Assembly: GCA_040399905.1 (NCBI GenBank)
Contig: JBBARG010000008.1
Location: forward strand, 40,650-104,649
Length of the DNA stretch: 64,000 nt
Reading direction: 5' to 3'
Source of the DNA: Burkholderiaceae bacterium
Lineage (GTDB): Bacteria > Pseudomonadota > Gammaproteobacteria > Burkholderiales > Burkholderiaceae_D
Below the pieces are notes generated by a model. It saw nothing but the letters and a program-made list of their open reading frames with translations. It had not been told where the DNA came from and made no database searches. Each line of letters opens with the position of its first letter. Position 1 is the stretch's first letter. Below, one piece after another: positions 23,659 through 35,466 of the stretch. A program made the position numbers and the translations under genes.

Positions 23659-25092
23659 TCAAAAATTAAGCGACCGCTTATCCACCGCCAGCGCAGCTTC
23701 CTTGGTTGCTTCCGACAAGGAAGGATGCGCATGGCAAATGCGTGCAATATCTTCGGCCGAGGCGCGGAATTCCATTGCGACCACAGCTTCCGAAATCAGC
23801 TCGGATGCCATCGGGCCGATGATGTGCACGCCAAGAATTTCATCGCTTTTTGCATCAGCAAGAATCTTCACCATGCCGGACGTATCACCCAGCGCGCGCG
23901 CACGGCCATTGGCCATGAACGGAAAGCTGCCGGCTTTATAGGCTATGCCTTCAGCTTTGAGTTGTTGCTCGGTCTTGCCGACCCATGCAATTTCAGGCGA
24001 CGTATAAATGACCCACGGAATAGTGTTGAAGTTCACATGACCATGCTGGCCGGCGATACGCTCGGCAACGGCCACGCCCTCTTCTTCGGCCTTGTGCGCC
24101 AGCATCGGGCCGCGCACGACATCACCCACAGCCCAGACATTCGGCAAGCTGGTGCGGCAGTCTGCGTCAACGGCAATGAAGCCGCGTTCGTCGAGTTTCA
24201 AACCGACGGATTCCGCATTGAGACCAATGGTATTCGGCACTCGACCGATGGAGATGATCAGGCGATCAAACACGGCCTTGTGTGCCGCGCCTTTGTCGTC
24301 GGTGTAGTCAACGCTGACGTTGTCTTTGCCGGCCTTGATGGTGCCGATCTTCACGCCCAGATTAATCGCCAGTCCCTGCTTCACAAACAGCTTGTGCGCT
24401 TCCTTGGCGATCTGATCATCAACGGCACCGAGGAATGTCGGCAAGGCTTCGAGCACGGTGACTTCTGCACCCAGACGACGCCAGACACTGCCCATTTCCA
24501 GACCAATGACACCCGCGCCGATTACACCGAGTTTTTTCGGCACGCCGTCGATGTTCAAAGCACCGGTGTTGGACAGAATCAGTTTTTCGTCAAATTCGGC
24601 ACCTGGCAAAACGCGCGGGTTCGAACCGGTGGCGATGATGACGTGCCTGGCCTTGAGGGTTTCGCTGGCTGCGCCGGTGACGGAGACTTCATAACCGTCT
24701 GCGTCTGCCTTGGCGAATGCGCCACGACCGTGGAAAAACGTGACTTTGTTTTTCTTGAGCAGGTACAGGATGCCGTCGTTGTTTTGTTTAACGACGGTGT
24801 CCTTGCGACCCAGCATCTGGCCAAGGTTGAGCTTGAGGCCTTTGACTTCGATGCCATGCTCGGCAAAGCCGTGACCGGCGTGTTCGAAATGCTCTGAGGA
24901 CTGCAGCAGCGCTTTCGATGGAATGCAACCGACATTGGTGCAAGTGCCACCCGGTGCGGGACCGCCTTTGTCGTTTTTCCACTCGTCGATACAGGCAGTA
25001 GAAAAACCGAGTTGTGCGGCACGGATGGCGGCGATGTAGCCGCCGGGGCCGCCACCGATTACGACTACGTCAAAATTTTTGGACATGGCCAT
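23659..25092 (-). CDS. lpdA: Dihydrolipoyl dehydrogenase (E3)
   Basis: GGGPGGY, redox-active [14 protein letters not shown]-terminal HAHPSLSE. Confidence 0.97.
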   Translation of the reverse strand: MAMSKNFDVVVIGGGPGGYIAAIRAAQLGFSTACIDEWKNDKGGPAPGGTCTNVGCIPSKALLQSSEHFEHAGHGFAEHGIEVKGLKLNLGQMLGRKDTVVKQNNDGILYLLKKNKVTFFHGRGAFAKADADGYEVSVTGAASETLKARHVIIATGSNPRVLPGAEFDEKLILSNTGALNIDGVPKKLGVIGAGVIGLEMGSVWRRLGAEVTVLEALPTFLGAVDDQIAKEAHKLFVKQGLAINLGVKIGTIKAGKDNVSVDYTDDKGAAHKAVFDRLIISIGRVPNTIGLNAESVGLKLDERGFIAVDADCRTSLPNVWAVGDVVRGPMLAHKAEEEGVAVAERIAGQHGHVNFNTIPWVIYTSPEIAWVGKTEQQLKAEGIAYKAGSFPFMANGRARALGDTSGMVKILADAKSDEILGVHIIGPMASELISEAVVAMEFRASAEDIARICHAHPSLSEATKEAALAVDKRSLNF

Positions 25093-25096
25093 CCCC

Positions 25097-26347
25097 TTAC
25101 AGATCGAGCAGCAAACGCGCTGGATCTTCCAGCGCTTCTTTCATCGCTACCAAACCAAGGACCGCTTCGCGACCGTCAATGATGCGATGGTCATACGACA
25201 TCGCGAGGTAGTTCATTGGACGGATCACGATCTGGCCGTTTTCTACGACGGCGCGATCCTTGGTCGCATGCACGCCGAGGATGGCTGATTGCGGCGGATT
25301 GATGATCGGGGTCGACAACATGGAACCGAACACGCCGCCATTCGAGATCGAGAAAGTACCGCCGGTCAGTTCTTCCAGCGTCAGCTTGCCGTCGCGGGCT
25401 TTGACGCCGAACTCACCGATTTTCTTTTCGATGTCGGCAATCGACATCTGGTCAACGTTGCGCAGAATAGGCACGACCAGACCGCGTGGCGATCCTACGG
25501 CGATGCCGATATCGAAGTAGCCGTGATAGACCACGTCATTGCCATCAATCGATGCATTGATGACTGGGTATTTTTTAAGCGCAGCGACAGCGGCTTTGAC
25601 GAAGAACGACATGAAGCCGAGCTTGACGCCGTGTTCCTTCTCGAACTTGTCTTTGTACTTGTTGCGCAGGTCCATGACCGGCTGCATGTTGACTTCATTG
25701 AACGTCGTCAGGATGGCGTTGGTCGCTTGCGATTGCAGCAGACGCTCGGCGATACGGGCACGCAGGCGGCTCATCGGTACGCGTTGCTCAGGGCGACTGC
25801 CCAGGTCCATTGCAGCAGGACCGGCCACAGCAGGCAAGGCAGCAGCAACTGGACGTGGCGCAGCAACAGCAGGTGCAGGGGCCGGCTTGGTTTCGAGCGC
25901 ATTGATCACGTCACCTTTGGTGACACGGCCATCTTTGCCAGTGCCGGCAACAGCGGAAGCCGACATGTTGTTCTCGGCCAGCATTTTGGCAGCAGCGGGC
26001 ATCGCAATTGAACCGGATGCAGCAGGTGCTGCAGCAACTGGAGCGGCGGCGGCTGGTGCGGCGGCTGGTGCTGCCGTTGCAGCCGGCACTGCGGCGCCGG
26101 CCGTCGCTTCGGTATCGATACGCGCGATCAGTTCACCAGCGACGACAGTGCTGCCATCGCCACGAATGATTTCAACGATCACGCCTTGCGCTGGGGCTGG
26201 CAGTTCGAGCACGACTTTGTCGGTCTCGATATCAATCAGGTTTTCATCACGGGCGACAGCTTCGCCCACTTTTTTATGCCACTGCAGTAAAGTCGCTTCT
26301 GCGACGGATTCAGATAACTGCGGTACGACTACATCAAGAATTGCCAT
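25097..26347 (-). CDS. sucB: 2-oxoglutarate dehydrogenase E2
   Basis: Lipoyl motif [10 protein letters not shown]3-binding [10 protein letters not shown], catalytic DHRIIDG. Confidence 0.97.
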   Translation of the reverse strand: MAILDVVVPQLSESVAEATLLQWHKKVGEAVARDENLIDIETDKVVLELPAPAQGVIVEIIRGDGSTVVAGELIARIDTEATAGAAVPAATAAPAAAPAAAAPVAAAPAASGSIAMPAAAKMLAENNMSASAVAGTGKDGRVTKGDVINALETKPAPAPAVAAPRPVAAALPAVAGPAAMDLGSRPEQRVPMSRLRARIAERLLQSQATNAILTTFNEVNMQPVMDLRNKYKDKFEKEHGVKLGFMSFFVKAAVAALKKYPVINASIDGNDVVYHGYFDIGIAVGSPRGLVVPILRNVDQMSIADIEKKIGEFGVKARDGKLTLEELTGGTFSISNGGVFGSMLSTPIINPPQSAILGVHATKDRAVVENGQIVIRPMNYLAMSYDHRIIDGREAVLGLVAMKEALEDPARLLLDL

Positions 26348-26407
26348 GACACTCTCCGTTTCGGGTTGTTCGTGCAGCGCACCGGCTTCCGGTACGCAGA
26401 CGGGTCT

Positions 26408-29263
26408 TTATTTGGTCAGTACGAAGCCTTTGAGCTTCGAAAATGCGGTTTCGATCAACGCCTTTTGCTGCGCGTAGTGCTTGTCGTAGTAACCGACAGC
26501 AGGCGATGCGCTGGCAGGACGTCCGGCGTAAGCCAGCTTCTGGCCATCGCCGAGGTTCTCGAAAATGTTGTGCTGGATCTGGAACCACGGGCCCTGATTT
26601 TGCGGCTCGTCCTGTACCCAGACCAGTTCATTGAAATTCGGGAAAGCCTTCAGTTCCGCAGCAAAGGTCTTGTGCGGGAACGGGTACAGCTGCTCGACAC
26701 GGATGATCGCGGTATCGGTCTGGCCGCGTTCTTTGCGTGCATTGACCAGGTCGTAATAGACTTTGCCGGAACAAGCCAGTACGCGCTTGACCTTCTTCGC
26801 GTCGATCTTGTCGTCAACTTCGCCGATCACGGTATGGAACGAGCCCTTGGCCAGTTCCGTCAGCGCTGAACCGGCATCCTTGTTACGCAGCAGCGACTTC
26901 GGCGTCATGATGACCAAAGGCTTCCGGAACAGGCGAATCATCTGACGACGCAGCAGATGAAAAATCTGCGCGGCCGTGGTGGGTTGCACCACTTGCATGT
27001 TGTTGTCGGCGCACAGTTGCAGAAAACGCTCGATACGTGCCGACGAGTGTTCCGGTCCCTGCCCTTCATAGCCATGCGGCAGCATCATGACCAGACCGTT
27101 TGCACGGCCCCATTTAACTTCGCCAGAGCTGATGAACTGGTCGATGACGACTTGCGCGCCATTGGCGAAGTCACCGAACTGTGCTTCCCAGATGGTCAGC
27201 GTATTCGGCTCGGCGGATGAGTAACCGTATTCGAAAGCGAGCACCGCTTCTTCGGACAGCACCGAGTCAATGACCGTGAACGGCGCTTGCTGATCCGAGA
27301 TGTTTTGCAGCGGAATATAGGTGCCGGCATCCCAGCGTTCGCGCTTCTGGTCATGCAGCACGGCGTGTCTGTGCACGAAGGTGCCGCGACCGGCGTCCTG
27401 ACCGGTGATGCGGATCGCATAACCGGAAGCCAGCAATGACGCAAAACCCAGATGCTCGCCCATGCCCCAGTCGAGATTCATCTCGCCACGGCCCATGGTG
27501 GCGCGGTCGCCCAGTACTTTTTCTACCAGTGGGTGCGGCTTGAAATCTTCCGGCACGGAGGTAATGCGCGCAGCCAGTCGCTTGAGTTCCGCCATCGGCA
27601 CGGCGGTGTCGGCAGCGTCAGTCCATTTACGGTTCAGGAACGGCAGCCAGTCAACAGCGTACTTGCTCTTGAAGTTGGAGATGACCGGGTCGATCGTATG
27701 ACGGCCCTCATCCATCGCATCGCGGAAGGCCTTGACCATTTCGTCGCCGCCGTCAGCAGCAATCGTGCCCTGTGTGGCGAGCTTGTCGGCGTACAGCTTG
27801 CGGGTGCCAGGATGCTGGCCGATTTTCTTGTACATCAGCGGCTGCGTCAGTGCTGGCGTGTCTTGCTCGTTGTGGCCAAGTTTGCGATAGCAAACGATGT
27901 CGACCACGATATCTTTCTGGAACTGCATGCGGAAGTCGAGCGCGATTTGCGTTGCGAACACCACCGCTTCCGGATCGTCGCCGTTCACGTGCAGCACAGG
28001 CGCTTCGATCATCTTGACCACGTCCGAGCAGTACAGCGTAGAACGCGAGTCGCGCGGGTCGGAGGTGGTGAAACCGATCTGGTTGTTGATGACGATGTGC
28101 ACCGTACCGCCAGTGCCGTAGCCACGGGTCTGCGCCAGATTCAGCGTTTCCATGACCACGCCCTGCCCAGCGAAAGCGGCGTCGCCGTGCACCAGAATTG
28201 GCAATACTTGCAGGCCGTCCTTGTCACCGCGGCGGTCCATACGCGCCTTGACCGAGCCTTCAACGACGGGGTTGACGATCTCGAGGTGCGAAGGATTGAA
28301 CGCGAGCGACAGATGAACCGGACCACCGGCGGTCGAGATGTCGCTTGAGAAGCCCTGATGATATTTGACGTCGCCGGCTGGCAGGTCGTCACCGTGCTTG
28401 CCTTCGAACTCGGCAAACAGTTCCTGCGGCATTTTGCCGAGGATGTTGACCAGCACATTCAAGCGGCCGCGATGCGCCATGCCGATGACGATTTCCTGCA
28501 CGCCCTGATTACCGGCGCGCTGAATGGTTTCGTCCAGCGAGGCGATGAAGCTCTCACTGCCTTCGAGCGAGAAGCGTTTCTGACCGACGTATTTGGTGTG
28601 CAGATAACGCTCCAAACCTTCGGCCGCTGTCAGGCGGTCGAGGATGTGGGTTTTCTGGTCGCGGCTGAAATTGCCAGTGGCGCGGCTTGACTCCAGACGT
28701 TCCTGCATCCAGCGCTTTTGCGTTGGATCGGTCATGTACATGAATTCGGCGCCGATCGAACGGCAGTAGGTATCGCGCAGTGCTTGCAACAAGTCGCGCA
28801 GGCTGGCTTGCTCGCTACCGAAATAGGTGTTGCTGATGTTGAACACGATATCCATGTCCGCATCGGAGAAGCCGTAGAACGCTGGCTCGAGTTCCGGCAG
28901 CGATGGACGTTCCTGACGCTGCAGCGGATCGAGGTTGGCCCACTGAGTACCGAGGAAGCGATAGGCTGCGATCAACTGCGTAACGGCGACGCGCTTGCGG
29001 CCCATCTCGGCATCAGCCGATGCGTTAACGGTGCGGATAGGACCCTGCTTGGCGCGTTCGGCAAACGAGGCCACAACAGGCGCATGCGCTACATCGGGAC
29101 GGTCACTGCCATCGACTGCGGGTACGTGCTGCATCGCGTCGAAATACGCGCGCCAGTTGTCAGGTACAGAGCCGGGATTGAGAAGATAGGCCTCGTACAA
29201 TTCTTCCACGTACGGTGCGTTACCTCCAAACAGATAGGAGTTGGATTGAAACTGCTGCATCAT
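26408..29263 (-). CDS. sucA: 2-oxoglutarate dehydrogenase E1
   Basis: GMAHRGRLN, TPP motif HGDAAFAGQG...NNQIG and WEAQFGDF; start placed at the ATG after the AAGGTG RBS. Confidence 0.97.
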   Translation of the reverse strand: MMQQFQSNSYLFGGNAPYVEELYEAYLLNPGSVPDNWRAYFDAMQHVPAVDGSDRPDVAHAPVVASFAERAKQGPIRTVNASADAEMGRKRVAVTQLIAAYRFLGTQWANLDPLQRQERPSLPELEPAFYGFSDADMDIVFNISNTYFGSEQASLRDLLQALRDTYCRSIGAEFMYMTDPTQKRWMQERLESSRATGNFSRDQKTHILDRLTAAEGLERYLHTKYVGQKRFSLEGSESFIASLDETIQRAGNQGVQEIVIGMAHRGRLNVLVNILGKMPQELFAEFEGKHGDDLPAGDVKYHQGFSSDISTAGGPVHLSLAFNPSHLEIVNPVVEGSVKARMDRRGDKDGLQVLPILVHGDAAFAGQGVVMETLNLAQTRGYGTGGTVHIVINNQIGFTTSDPRDSRSTLYCSDVVKMIEAPVLHVNGDDPEAVVFATQIALDFRMQFQKDIVVDIVCYRKLGHNEQDTPALTQPLMYKKIGQHPGTRKLYADKLATQGTIAADGGDEMVKAFRDAMDEGRHTIDPVISNFKSKYAVDWLPFLNRKWTDAADTAVPMAELKRLAARITSVPEDFKPHPLVEKVLGDRATMGRGEMNLDWGMGEHLGFASLLASGYAIRITGQDAGRGTFVHRHAVLHDQKRERWDAGTYIPLQNISDQQAPFTVIDSVLSEEAVLAFEYGYSSAEPNTLTIWEAQFGDFANGAQVVIDQFISSGEVKWGRANGLVMMLPHGYEGQGPEHSSARIERFLQLCADNNMQVVQPTTAAQIFHLLRRQMIRLFRKPLVIMTPKSLLRNKDAGSALTELAKGSFHTVIGEVDDKIDAKKVKRVLACSGKVYYDLVNARKERGQTDTAIIRVEQLYPFPHKTFAAELKAFPNFNELVWVQDEPQNQGPWFQIQHNIFENLGDGQKLAYAGRPASASPAVGYYDKHYAQQKALIETAFSKLKGFVLTK

Positions 29264-29400
29264 ATTGCTCACCTTTTTCTTCGCGCTTCGCGAGATTGGA
29301 GGGTTATGGATTCCACGAATCCAGGAAAACCTTCTGCTTCACGGGCTTACCGTTCGACAGATTGCACTGCAAATTCAGGGCTGAAGGATACCATACTGAC
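29264..29400 (-). promoter_or_regulatory. Structured sucA 5' leader, possibly the betaproteobacterial sucA RNA motif
   Basis: Hairpins GGATTC-GTG-GAATCC and TCGCG-AAG-CGCGA just upstream of the RBS. Position matches the known sucA motif; family identity not verified. Confidence 0.4.
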
Positions 29401-29481
29401 TTACTTGCCAGAGAAAACGTGGCATATGTACGATCTTTATGGGCTTCCGGGTGCAGCGTTATATTGGGATAAAAGTAAGAA

Positions 29482-29868
29482 CTAAGCGAGCCAGACTGGA
29501 CCCTGATATTGCGCGACGGTGGCGTCATTGGTCAGCAAAGTAATCCCTTCTGTCATTGCCTGAGCAATTAGCAAGCGATCAAAAGGATCTTTGTGAATCG
29601 GAGCTAGCGTATCGATGGCGAGCACGTGCGCGCTATCAATCGACAACTCCAAATAGCCGTTATCGAGCAGTCCGCGCCGCAGAAGTCGTGCATCGATTTG
29701 GAAATCAGGGCGATTCAAGCCGCGCTTGATGGCGATCTCCCACAAACTCGCCGCACTGAAGATCAAGACATTTGCTGGATCGCTCATCAGTTCGAGCGCT
29801 CGAGCTGGCATGCGTTCGCTGCCAGCCGCGGCCCACAGCAGCAGATGCGTATCCAGCAGCAGCTTCAC
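29482..29868 (-). CDS. vapC: PIN-domain (VapC-type) toxin
   Basis: LLLDTH, SAASLWEIAIK and HKDPFDRLLIAQA acidic PIN motifs. Confidence 0.92.
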   Translation of the reverse strand: MKLLLDTHLLLWAAAGSERMPARALELMSDPANVLIFSAASLWEIAIKRGLNRPDFQIDARLLRRGLLDNGYLELSIDSAHVLAIDTLAPIHKDPFDRLLIAQAMTEGITLLTNDATVAQYQGPVWLA

Positions 29869-30110
29869 GCATCCGCTCCGAACAGTGCTTCTATCTCGCG
29901 GGCACCCATGGAGTTGAAATCGTCAGGCACTTTGCATTGCCCGGCCATGAATCCGAAACGCTGCATGGGCACCGGTTCAGGCGCATCCAGCGCGCTTACC
30001 TTCACTAGCGGTTTGCCAGCCTTGGCGATAACGAAAGACTCACCCTGCGCTGCCAGATCGACCAGTTTGGAAAGCTGCGTTTTTGCCTCATCAATGTTGT
30101 AGCTTTGCAT
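29865..30110 (-). CDS. Phd/YefM-family antitoxin
   Basis: NIDEAKTQLSKLVD.A..GE..VIAKAGKP; 4-bp overlap with the toxin. Confidence 0.92.
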   Translation of the reverse strand: MQSYNIDEAKTQLSKLVDLAAQGESFVIAKAGKPLVKVSALDAPEPVPMQRFGFMAGQCKVPDDFNSMGAREIEALFGADA

Positions 30111-30237
30111 GACCGCACCCGCATAGTCAGTTTTAACAAGTCAAGTCTATACCATGCTGTGCAGTCGCAGCAAACCGGACTTACAAAAAGAAAAAACGGG
30201 TCACAAGGACCCGTTTTTACCAGTACGCGATTTGCGA

Positions 30238-31539
30238 TTAGCGATTTGCTATTGGCTTGACGTCGCGCGGTGCTTCGCCAACGAACAACTGGCGTGGACG
30301 GCCAATCTTTTGCTCTGGGTCGGAGATCATTTCATTCCACTGCGCGATCCAGCCGACGGTACGCGCCATCGCAAAAATACCGGTAAACAGCGAGACTGGA
30401 ATGCCGAGCGCGGACTGCACGATGCCTGAGTAGAAGTCGACGTTCGGATAGAGCTTGCGGGAGACGAAGTAGTCGTCTTCCAGCGCGACTTTTTCCAGCG
30501 CCATGGCCAGCTTGAACAGCGGGTCGTTTTGCAGGCCCAGTTCTTCCAGCACTTCGTGGCAGGTCTCGCGCATCAGCTTGGCGCGCGGATCGAAGTTCTT
30601 GTACACGCGGTGACCAAAGCCCATCAGCTTGACGCTGGAGTTCTTGTCTTTGACTTGCGCTATGAAGGCCGGTATGTTTTCAACGGTGCCGATCTCTTTC
30701 AGCATATTCAATGCTGCTTCGTTAGCGCCACCGTGTGCAGGACCCCACAGGCAGGCGATGCCGGCCGCGATACAGGCGAATGGATTCGCACCTGACGAAC
30801 CAGACAGGCGAACCGTCGAGGTGGAGGCGTTCTGCTCGTGGTCTGCATGCAGGATCAGGATGCGATCCAGTGCACGCACCAGCACGTCGTTTACCTTGTA
30901 GTCTTCAGCCGGATTGGCGAACATCATGCGCATGAAGTTTGCGCTGTACGACAGGTCGTTGCGTGGATAAACGAAAGGCTGGCCCATCGAATATTTGTAC
31001 GCCATGGCGACCAGCGTTGGCATTTTCGCGATCAGGCGAATCGCCGACACTTCGCGGTGATGCGGGTCATTGATGTCGAGCGAGTCATGATAGAACGACG
31101 CCAGCGCGCCGACGGTGCCAACCAGTACCGACATAGGATGCGCATCGCGACGGAAACCGCGGAAGAAAAATTGCATCTGCTCGTGCACCATCGTGTGCTT
31201 GGTGACGGTATCGACGAATTTCTTTTTCTCGGCAACGTTTGGCAGTTCGCCATTCAACAGCAGATAGCAGGATTCGAGGAAGTCGCAATTGACGGCTAGC
31301 TGTTCGATCGGATAGCCGCGATACAGCAGTTCACCTTTGTCACCATCGATGTAGGTGATCGACGAATTACAGGCGGCAGTCGACATGAAACCCGGGTCGT
31401 AGGTGAACTTGCCGGTTGCGCCGTAGAGCTTGCGGATATCGATGACGTCCGGTCCGACCGTGCCTTTGTAGATAGGAAAATCTATCGGGGGCGAACCGTC
31501 GGAAAAGGATAGCGTGGCTTTGGCGTCAGATTGGGTCAT
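30238..31539 (-). CDS. gltA: Citrate synthase (type II)
   Basis: [29 protein letters not shown] and YPNVDFYSG. Confidence 0.98.
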   Translation of the reverse strand: MTQSDAKATLSFSDGSPPIDFPIYKGTVGPDVIDIRKLYGATGKFTYDPGFMSTAACNSSITYIDGDKGELLYRGYPIEQLAVNCDFLESCYLLLNGELPNVAEKKKFVDTVTKHTMVHEQMQFFFRGFRRDAHPMSVLVGTVGALASFYHDSLDINDPHHREVSAIRLIAKMPTLVAMAYKYSMGQPFVYPRNDLSYSANFMRMMFANPAEDYKVNDVLVRALDRILILHADHEQNASTSTVRLSGSSGANPFACIAAGIACLWGPAHGGANEAALNMLKEIGTVENIPAFIAQVKDKNSSVKLMGFGHRVYKNFDPRAKLMRETCHEVLEELGLQNDPLFKLAMALEKVALEDDYFVSRKLYPNVDFYSGIVQSALGIPVSLFTGIFAMARTVGWIAQWNEMISDPEQKIGRPRQLFVGEAPRDVKPIANR

Positions 31540-31624
31540 GGCTCTACCTTCGAAAATGAAGTGGTAATTAATTAAAAAATTCAGTCTTTTGCTGCGATGT
31601 TTTGTTTTTGTTTGCTATGGAAAA

Positions 31625-31717
31625 CACTGGATCCCAGCGTTCGCTGGGATGACGGTAGAGATTTCAGATGCTTCCATACTACTACCGTCGTTCCAGCGAA
31701 AGCTGCAACCCAGCGTC
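31625..31717. repeat. REPIN-like element, copy 2 (inverted relative to copy 1)
   Basis: CTGG-A-TCCCAGC-GTTC-GCTGGGA-T-GACGGTAG, a 23-nt spacer, then CTACCGTC-G-TTCCAGC-GAAA-GCTGCAA-C-CCAGCGTC. Confidence 0.85.
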
Positions 31718-31773
31718 GTTTGCTTCTATCTCTAAGAAAGAAACAAACTCGCCATTAATGTCTTAGCCTGCAT

Positions 31774-32049
31774 TTAAGCCTGCCGCAAACGTGCCAACAA
31801 TGCACGCACATGCGGTAAATCGAGCTCATCTTTAGGCTCGTTATTGCCCAACAGCAGGCTCATCAAATCGTTATCCGTCAATTCCAGAATTCGCGTCAAC
31901 GCATCAACGTCAATATCTGAAAGCGTACTCTCGTGCGCATCCAGAAAACGGGTCAGGATCAAATCGTTTTCCAGCAGGCCGCGCCGGCTGCGCCAGCGCA
32001 AACGCGCGCGGCGGGCCGGATCGTCCTGATGGGATTCAGTCATTTGCAT
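31774..32049 (-). CDS. sdhE: Succinate dehydrogenase assembly factor SdhE
   Basis: RLRWRSRRGLLENDL motif; follows sdhB. Confidence 0.93.
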   Translation of the reverse strand: MQMTESHQDDPARRARLRWRSRRGLLENDLILTRFLDAHESTLSDIDVDALTRILELTDNDLMSLLLGNNEPKDELDLPHVRALLARLRQA

Positions 32050-32759
32050 CAGACCGCGCGGCGAACGAGCAATTCTTTGATCTTGCCGATTGCCTTGTTC
32101 GGATTGAGTCCTTTAGGACATACATCGACGCAGTTCATGATCGAATGGCAACGGAACAAGCGGTATGGATCTTCCAGATTGTCCAGACGTGCAGCGGTGT
32201 CTTCGTCGCGGCTGTCGGCGATGAAACGATACGCTTGCAGCAGGCCGGCCGGGCCGACGAACTTGTCCGGATTCCACCAGAACGACGGGCACGAAGTCGA
32301 GCAGCAGGCGCACAAAATGCACTCGTACAAACCGTCGAGTTCTTCGCGCTCTGCCGGCATTTGCAGACGTTCTTTTTCCGGCGGGATCGTGGTGTTGACC
32401 AGGAACGGCTTGATCGAATGATACTGCTTGAAAAAGTTGGTCATGTCGACGATCAGGTCGCGAATGACCGGCAAGCCCGGCAGCGGACGTAGCACGATAG
32501 GCTGGGATAACTCGTTCAGGTTCGTGGTGCAGGCCAGACCGTTCTTGCCATTGATGTTCATGGCGTCGGAGCCGCACACGCCTTCGCGGCAGGAACGACG
32601 CAGCGCGAGCGAATCGTCGACATCGGACTTGATGCGCTGCAAGGCGTCGAGCAGCATCTTGTCGGTGTCTTGCAGCTCGACCGTCAGGTCTTGCATGTAA
32701 GGCTTGGCATCCTTGTCCGGATCGTAGCGGTAGATTTGAAATTTGACTGTACGTGGCAT
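32049..32759 (-). CDS. sdhB: Succinate dehydrogenase Fe-S subunit (operonic copy)
   Basis: [22 protein letters not shown] and [12 protein letters not shown] cluster motifs. Confidence 0.98.
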   Translation of the reverse strand: MPRTVKFQIYRYDPDKDAKPYMQDLTVELQDTDKMLLDALQRIKSDVDDSLALRRSCREGVCGSDAMNINGKNGLACTTNLNELSQPIVLRPLPGLPVIRDLIVDMTNFFKQYHSIKPFLVNTTIPPEKERLQMPAEREELDGLYECILCACCSTSCPSFWWNPDKFVGPAGLLQAYRFIADSRDEDTAARLDNLEDPYRLFRCHSIMNCVDVCPKGLNPNKAIGKIKELLVRRAV

Positions 32760-32771
32760 GATGTTTTCGCT

Positions 32772-34550
32772 TTAGAAAGTACGTGCTTTAGGCTTGAAGG
32801 TTTCCACCGTCAATGGCTTGGTCACAACAGGCTTGTAGTCGAGGCGATTGCCTTCGGAATACCACAGCGAGTGCTTCATCCAGTTTTCATCGTCGCGCTT
32901 GTCGAAATCGCGATGCGCATGCGCGCCGCGTGATTCTTTACGGGCAGCAGCGGAGACGATGGTGGCCTTGGCGGCTTCGATCAGGTTGTCCAGCTCCAGC
33001 GCTTCAACACGGGCTGTGTTGAAAACCTTGGACTTGTCCTTGAACGCTACCTGCTTGCGACGCTCGTCGAGTTCGGCAATGGCTTTGACGCCCTGCTGCA
33101 GCAAATCATCGGTACGGAACACGCTGCAATACTGTTGCATCGCGCCGCGGATACCGTTGGCGACATCTTGCACGCGCTCGGAACCCGTGGAGGTTTCCAG
33201 CTTGTCCATACGGTCCAGCGCTTTGTCCGCGCCATCGGCAGGCATGTCCTTGTGGCTCTGCGCCTTCAGGTTCGAAGCAACGATATGGTTGCCGGCGGCG
33301 CGACCAAAAACCAGCAGGTCGAGCAAGGAGTTGGTACCCAGACGATTGGCGCCATGTACCGACACGCACGCGCATTCGCCGATGGCGTACAAGCCATTGA
33401 CGATGGTGTTCGGATTGCCGTTTTTCGGCGCAACAACCTGACCGTGAATGTTGGTCGGGATGCCGCCCATCTGATAGTGAATCGTCGGTACGACAGGAAT
33501 GGCTTCCTTGGTAGCGTCGACATTGGCGAACTTGTGGCCGATTTCCAAAATCGATGGCAGACGTTTCCTGATGGTCTCGGCGCCGATGTGACGCAGGTCC
33601 AGCAGCACGTGATCCTTGTTCGGGCCGCAGCCGCGACCTTCCTTGATTTCCTGATCCATCGAACGCGAGATGAAGTCACGCGGCGCCAGATCTTTCAGAG
33701 TCGGCGCATAGCGCTCCATGAAACGCTCGCCTTCGCTGTTGATCAGAATGCCGCCTTCGCCGCGCACGCCTTCGGTAATCAGCACACCTGCACCAGCTAC
33801 ACCGGTTGGGTGGAACTGCCAGAATTCCATGTCTTCGAGTGGCAAGCCGGCACGTGCAGCCATGCCCATACCGTCGCCGGTATTGATGAACGCATTGGTC
33901 GACGCAGCCCAGATACGGCCAGCGCCACCGGTAGCGAAGATGGTGGTCTTGGCTTCGAGGATCAGCATTTCGCCGGTCTCGATTTCGAGTGCGACTACAC
34001 CGATGACGTCGCCTTCGGCGTCACGCACCAGATCAATCGCCATCCATTCAACAAAGAAGTGGGTCTTGGCGCGCACGTTACGCTGGTACAGCGTGTGCAG
34101 CATCGCATGCCCAGTACGGTCAGCAGCGGCGCACGCACGTTGCACCGGTTTTTCGCCGAAGTTTGCGGTGTGGCCGCCGAACGGACGCTGGTAAATGGTG
34201 CCGTCAGGATTGCGGTCAAACGGCATGCCGAAGTGTTCAAGTTCGTAAACAACTTTTGGCGCTTCGCGGCACATGAATTCAATCGCGTCCTGGTCGCCGA
34301 GATAGTCACTCCCCTTGACGGTGTCGAACATGTGCCAGTACCAGTTGTCTTCCGACATATTGCCGAGTGACGCACCGATACCGCCCTGAGCTGCAACTGT
34401 GTGCGAGCGAGTCGGGAATACTTTTGACAGCACGGCGACGTTGAGACCGGCTTCAGCCAGTTGCAGCGACGCGCGCATGCCGGAGCCGCCGGCACCGATG
34501 ATGACGGCGTCGAAACGGCGGGATGGAATACCTGTTTTTATGGCTGACAC
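32772..34550 (-). CDS. sdhA: Succinate dehydrogenase flavoprotein subunit
   Basis: GAGGSG, FAD-His [10 protein letters not shown] and HGANRLG; GTG start at 34550 with a GGAG RBS. Confidence 0.97.
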   Translation of the reverse strand: MSAIKTGIPSRRFDAVIIGAGGSGMRASLQLAEAGLNVAVLSKVFPTRSHTVAAQGGIGASLGNMSEDNWYWHMFDTVKGSDYLGDQDAIEFMCREAPKVVYELEHFGMPFDRNPDGTIYQRPFGGHTANFGEKPVQRACAAADRTGHAMLHTLYQRNVRAKTHFFVEWMAIDLVRDAEGDVIGVVALEIETGEMLILEAKTTIFATGGAGRIWAASTNAFINTGDGMGMAARAGLPLEDMEFWQFHPTGVAGAGVLITEGVRGEGGILINSEGERFMERYAPTLKDLAPRDFISRSMDQEIKEGRGCGPNKDHVLLDLRHIGAETIRKRLPSILEIGHKFANVDATKEAIPVVPTIHYQMGGIPTNIHGQVVAPKNGNPNTIVNGLYAIGECACVSVHGANRLGTNSLLDLLVFGRAAGNHIVASNLKAQSHKDMPADGADKALDRMDKLETSTGSERVQDVANGIRGAMQQYCSVFRTDDLLQQGVKAIAELDERRKQVAFKDKSKVFNTARVEALELDNLIEAAKATIVSAAARKESRGAHAHRDFDKRDDENWMKHSLWYSEGNRLDYKPVVTKPLTVETFKPKARTF

Positions 34551-34552
34551 GA

Positions 34553-34918
34553 TTACACTCTCCAAAGAATCTGCACCGTCCAGCCGGCGCATGCGACCAG
34601 CCACAGTATCGTTAACACTTGCAGCAGCAAACGAATTGCTACTGGCTTTACGTAGTCCATCCAGATGTCGCGCATGCCTACCCACACGTGGTAATACAAC
34701 CCGAAGAAGGTGACGAGGGCAAACAGCTTGAACCACTGCTGCGCAAACAGACCGGCCCAGCCCTCATAGCTGAACTCGCGTGCGCCGAAAAATACAACCA
34801 GCAAAACGATGGTGAAGACCGCCATCACGATGGCGGTAATGCGCTGCGCCAGCCAGTCTTTGAGACCATAGTGCGCGCCGACGACCAGACGCTTGGGTCC
34901 GATATTATTGTTAGCCAT
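34553..34918 (-). CDS. sdhD: Succinate dehydrogenase membrane anchor subunit
   Basis: [27 protein letters not shown]; three TM segments. Confidence 0.95.
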   Translation of the reverse strand: MANNNIGPKRLVVGAHYGLKDWLAQRITAIVMAVFTIVLLVVFFGAREFSYEGWAGLFAQQWFKLFALVTFFGLYYHVWVGMRDIWMDYVKPVAIRLLLQVLTILWLVACAGWTVQILWRV

Positions 34919-35329
34919 TTAAAACGCTCCGAACAGTTTAAGGGCAACCAGCACGGCCAGCGGAATGCTGACAGCAAACACGCTGATTGCGGATTTGGCT
35001 GCGCCTTCTTTTGTAAGACCAATGTGCAGGTCCATGATCAGGTGACGGATGCCGGCGCAGAAGTGATGCAGATACGCCCACGACAACGCAAGAATGAACA
35101 GCTTGACCAGCCAGTGACTGACATAGCCCTGCAGATGGGCAAACGAAATTTCTGAGGTGATGCTCTGGTCGAACAGGTACAAAATAAACGGCAGCAGCAG
35201 GAACATCATGAACCCGCTGATGCGATGAAAAATCGACACCATGCCGGCAGCCGGCAAGCGGTAATTCATTAGCTGCGTGATGTGGATGTTAGTAAATTGC
35301 TTACGTGTTTTCTTTATTGCTTCAGTCAT
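34919..35329 (-). CDS. sdhC: Succinate dehydrogenase cytochrome b556 subunit
   Basis: SIFHRISG and HHFCAGIRHLIMD. Confidence 0.95.
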   Translation of the reverse strand: MTEAIKKTRKQFTNIHITQLMNYRLPAAGMVSIFHRISGFMMFLLLPFILYLFDQSITSEISFAHLQGYVSHWLVKLFILALSWAYLHHFCAGIRHLIMDLHIGLTKEGAAKSAISVFAVSIPLAVLVALKLFGAF

Positions 35330-35466
35330 GGGCGTCCTTTGAACCGGTTCTTTTGTGGCTACGTCAGCAAACTGCTTGATTCTATCTGTTTCAGTTTCTT
35401 TTTATTTGTTGAGGCTGCAAATACGGGCAACGAAGGCTTTGCAATGCATTTAACTTAGTCTTGGTT

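Noticed and set aside
33135-34370. 411-aa plus-strand ORF, plus similar long antisense ORFs (23725-24897, 27452-28348, 25289-26011, 38776-39570, 47096-47731)
   Set aside because: Each lies fully antisense to a conserved gene (sdhA, lpdA, sucA, sucB, acnA, katG). These are shadow ORFs typical of GC-biased codon usage, with no motifs.
34551-34736. N-terminal extension of the sdhA ORF
   Set aside because: It overlaps sdhD in another frame; a GTG with an RBS at 34550 gives a normal-length SdhA.
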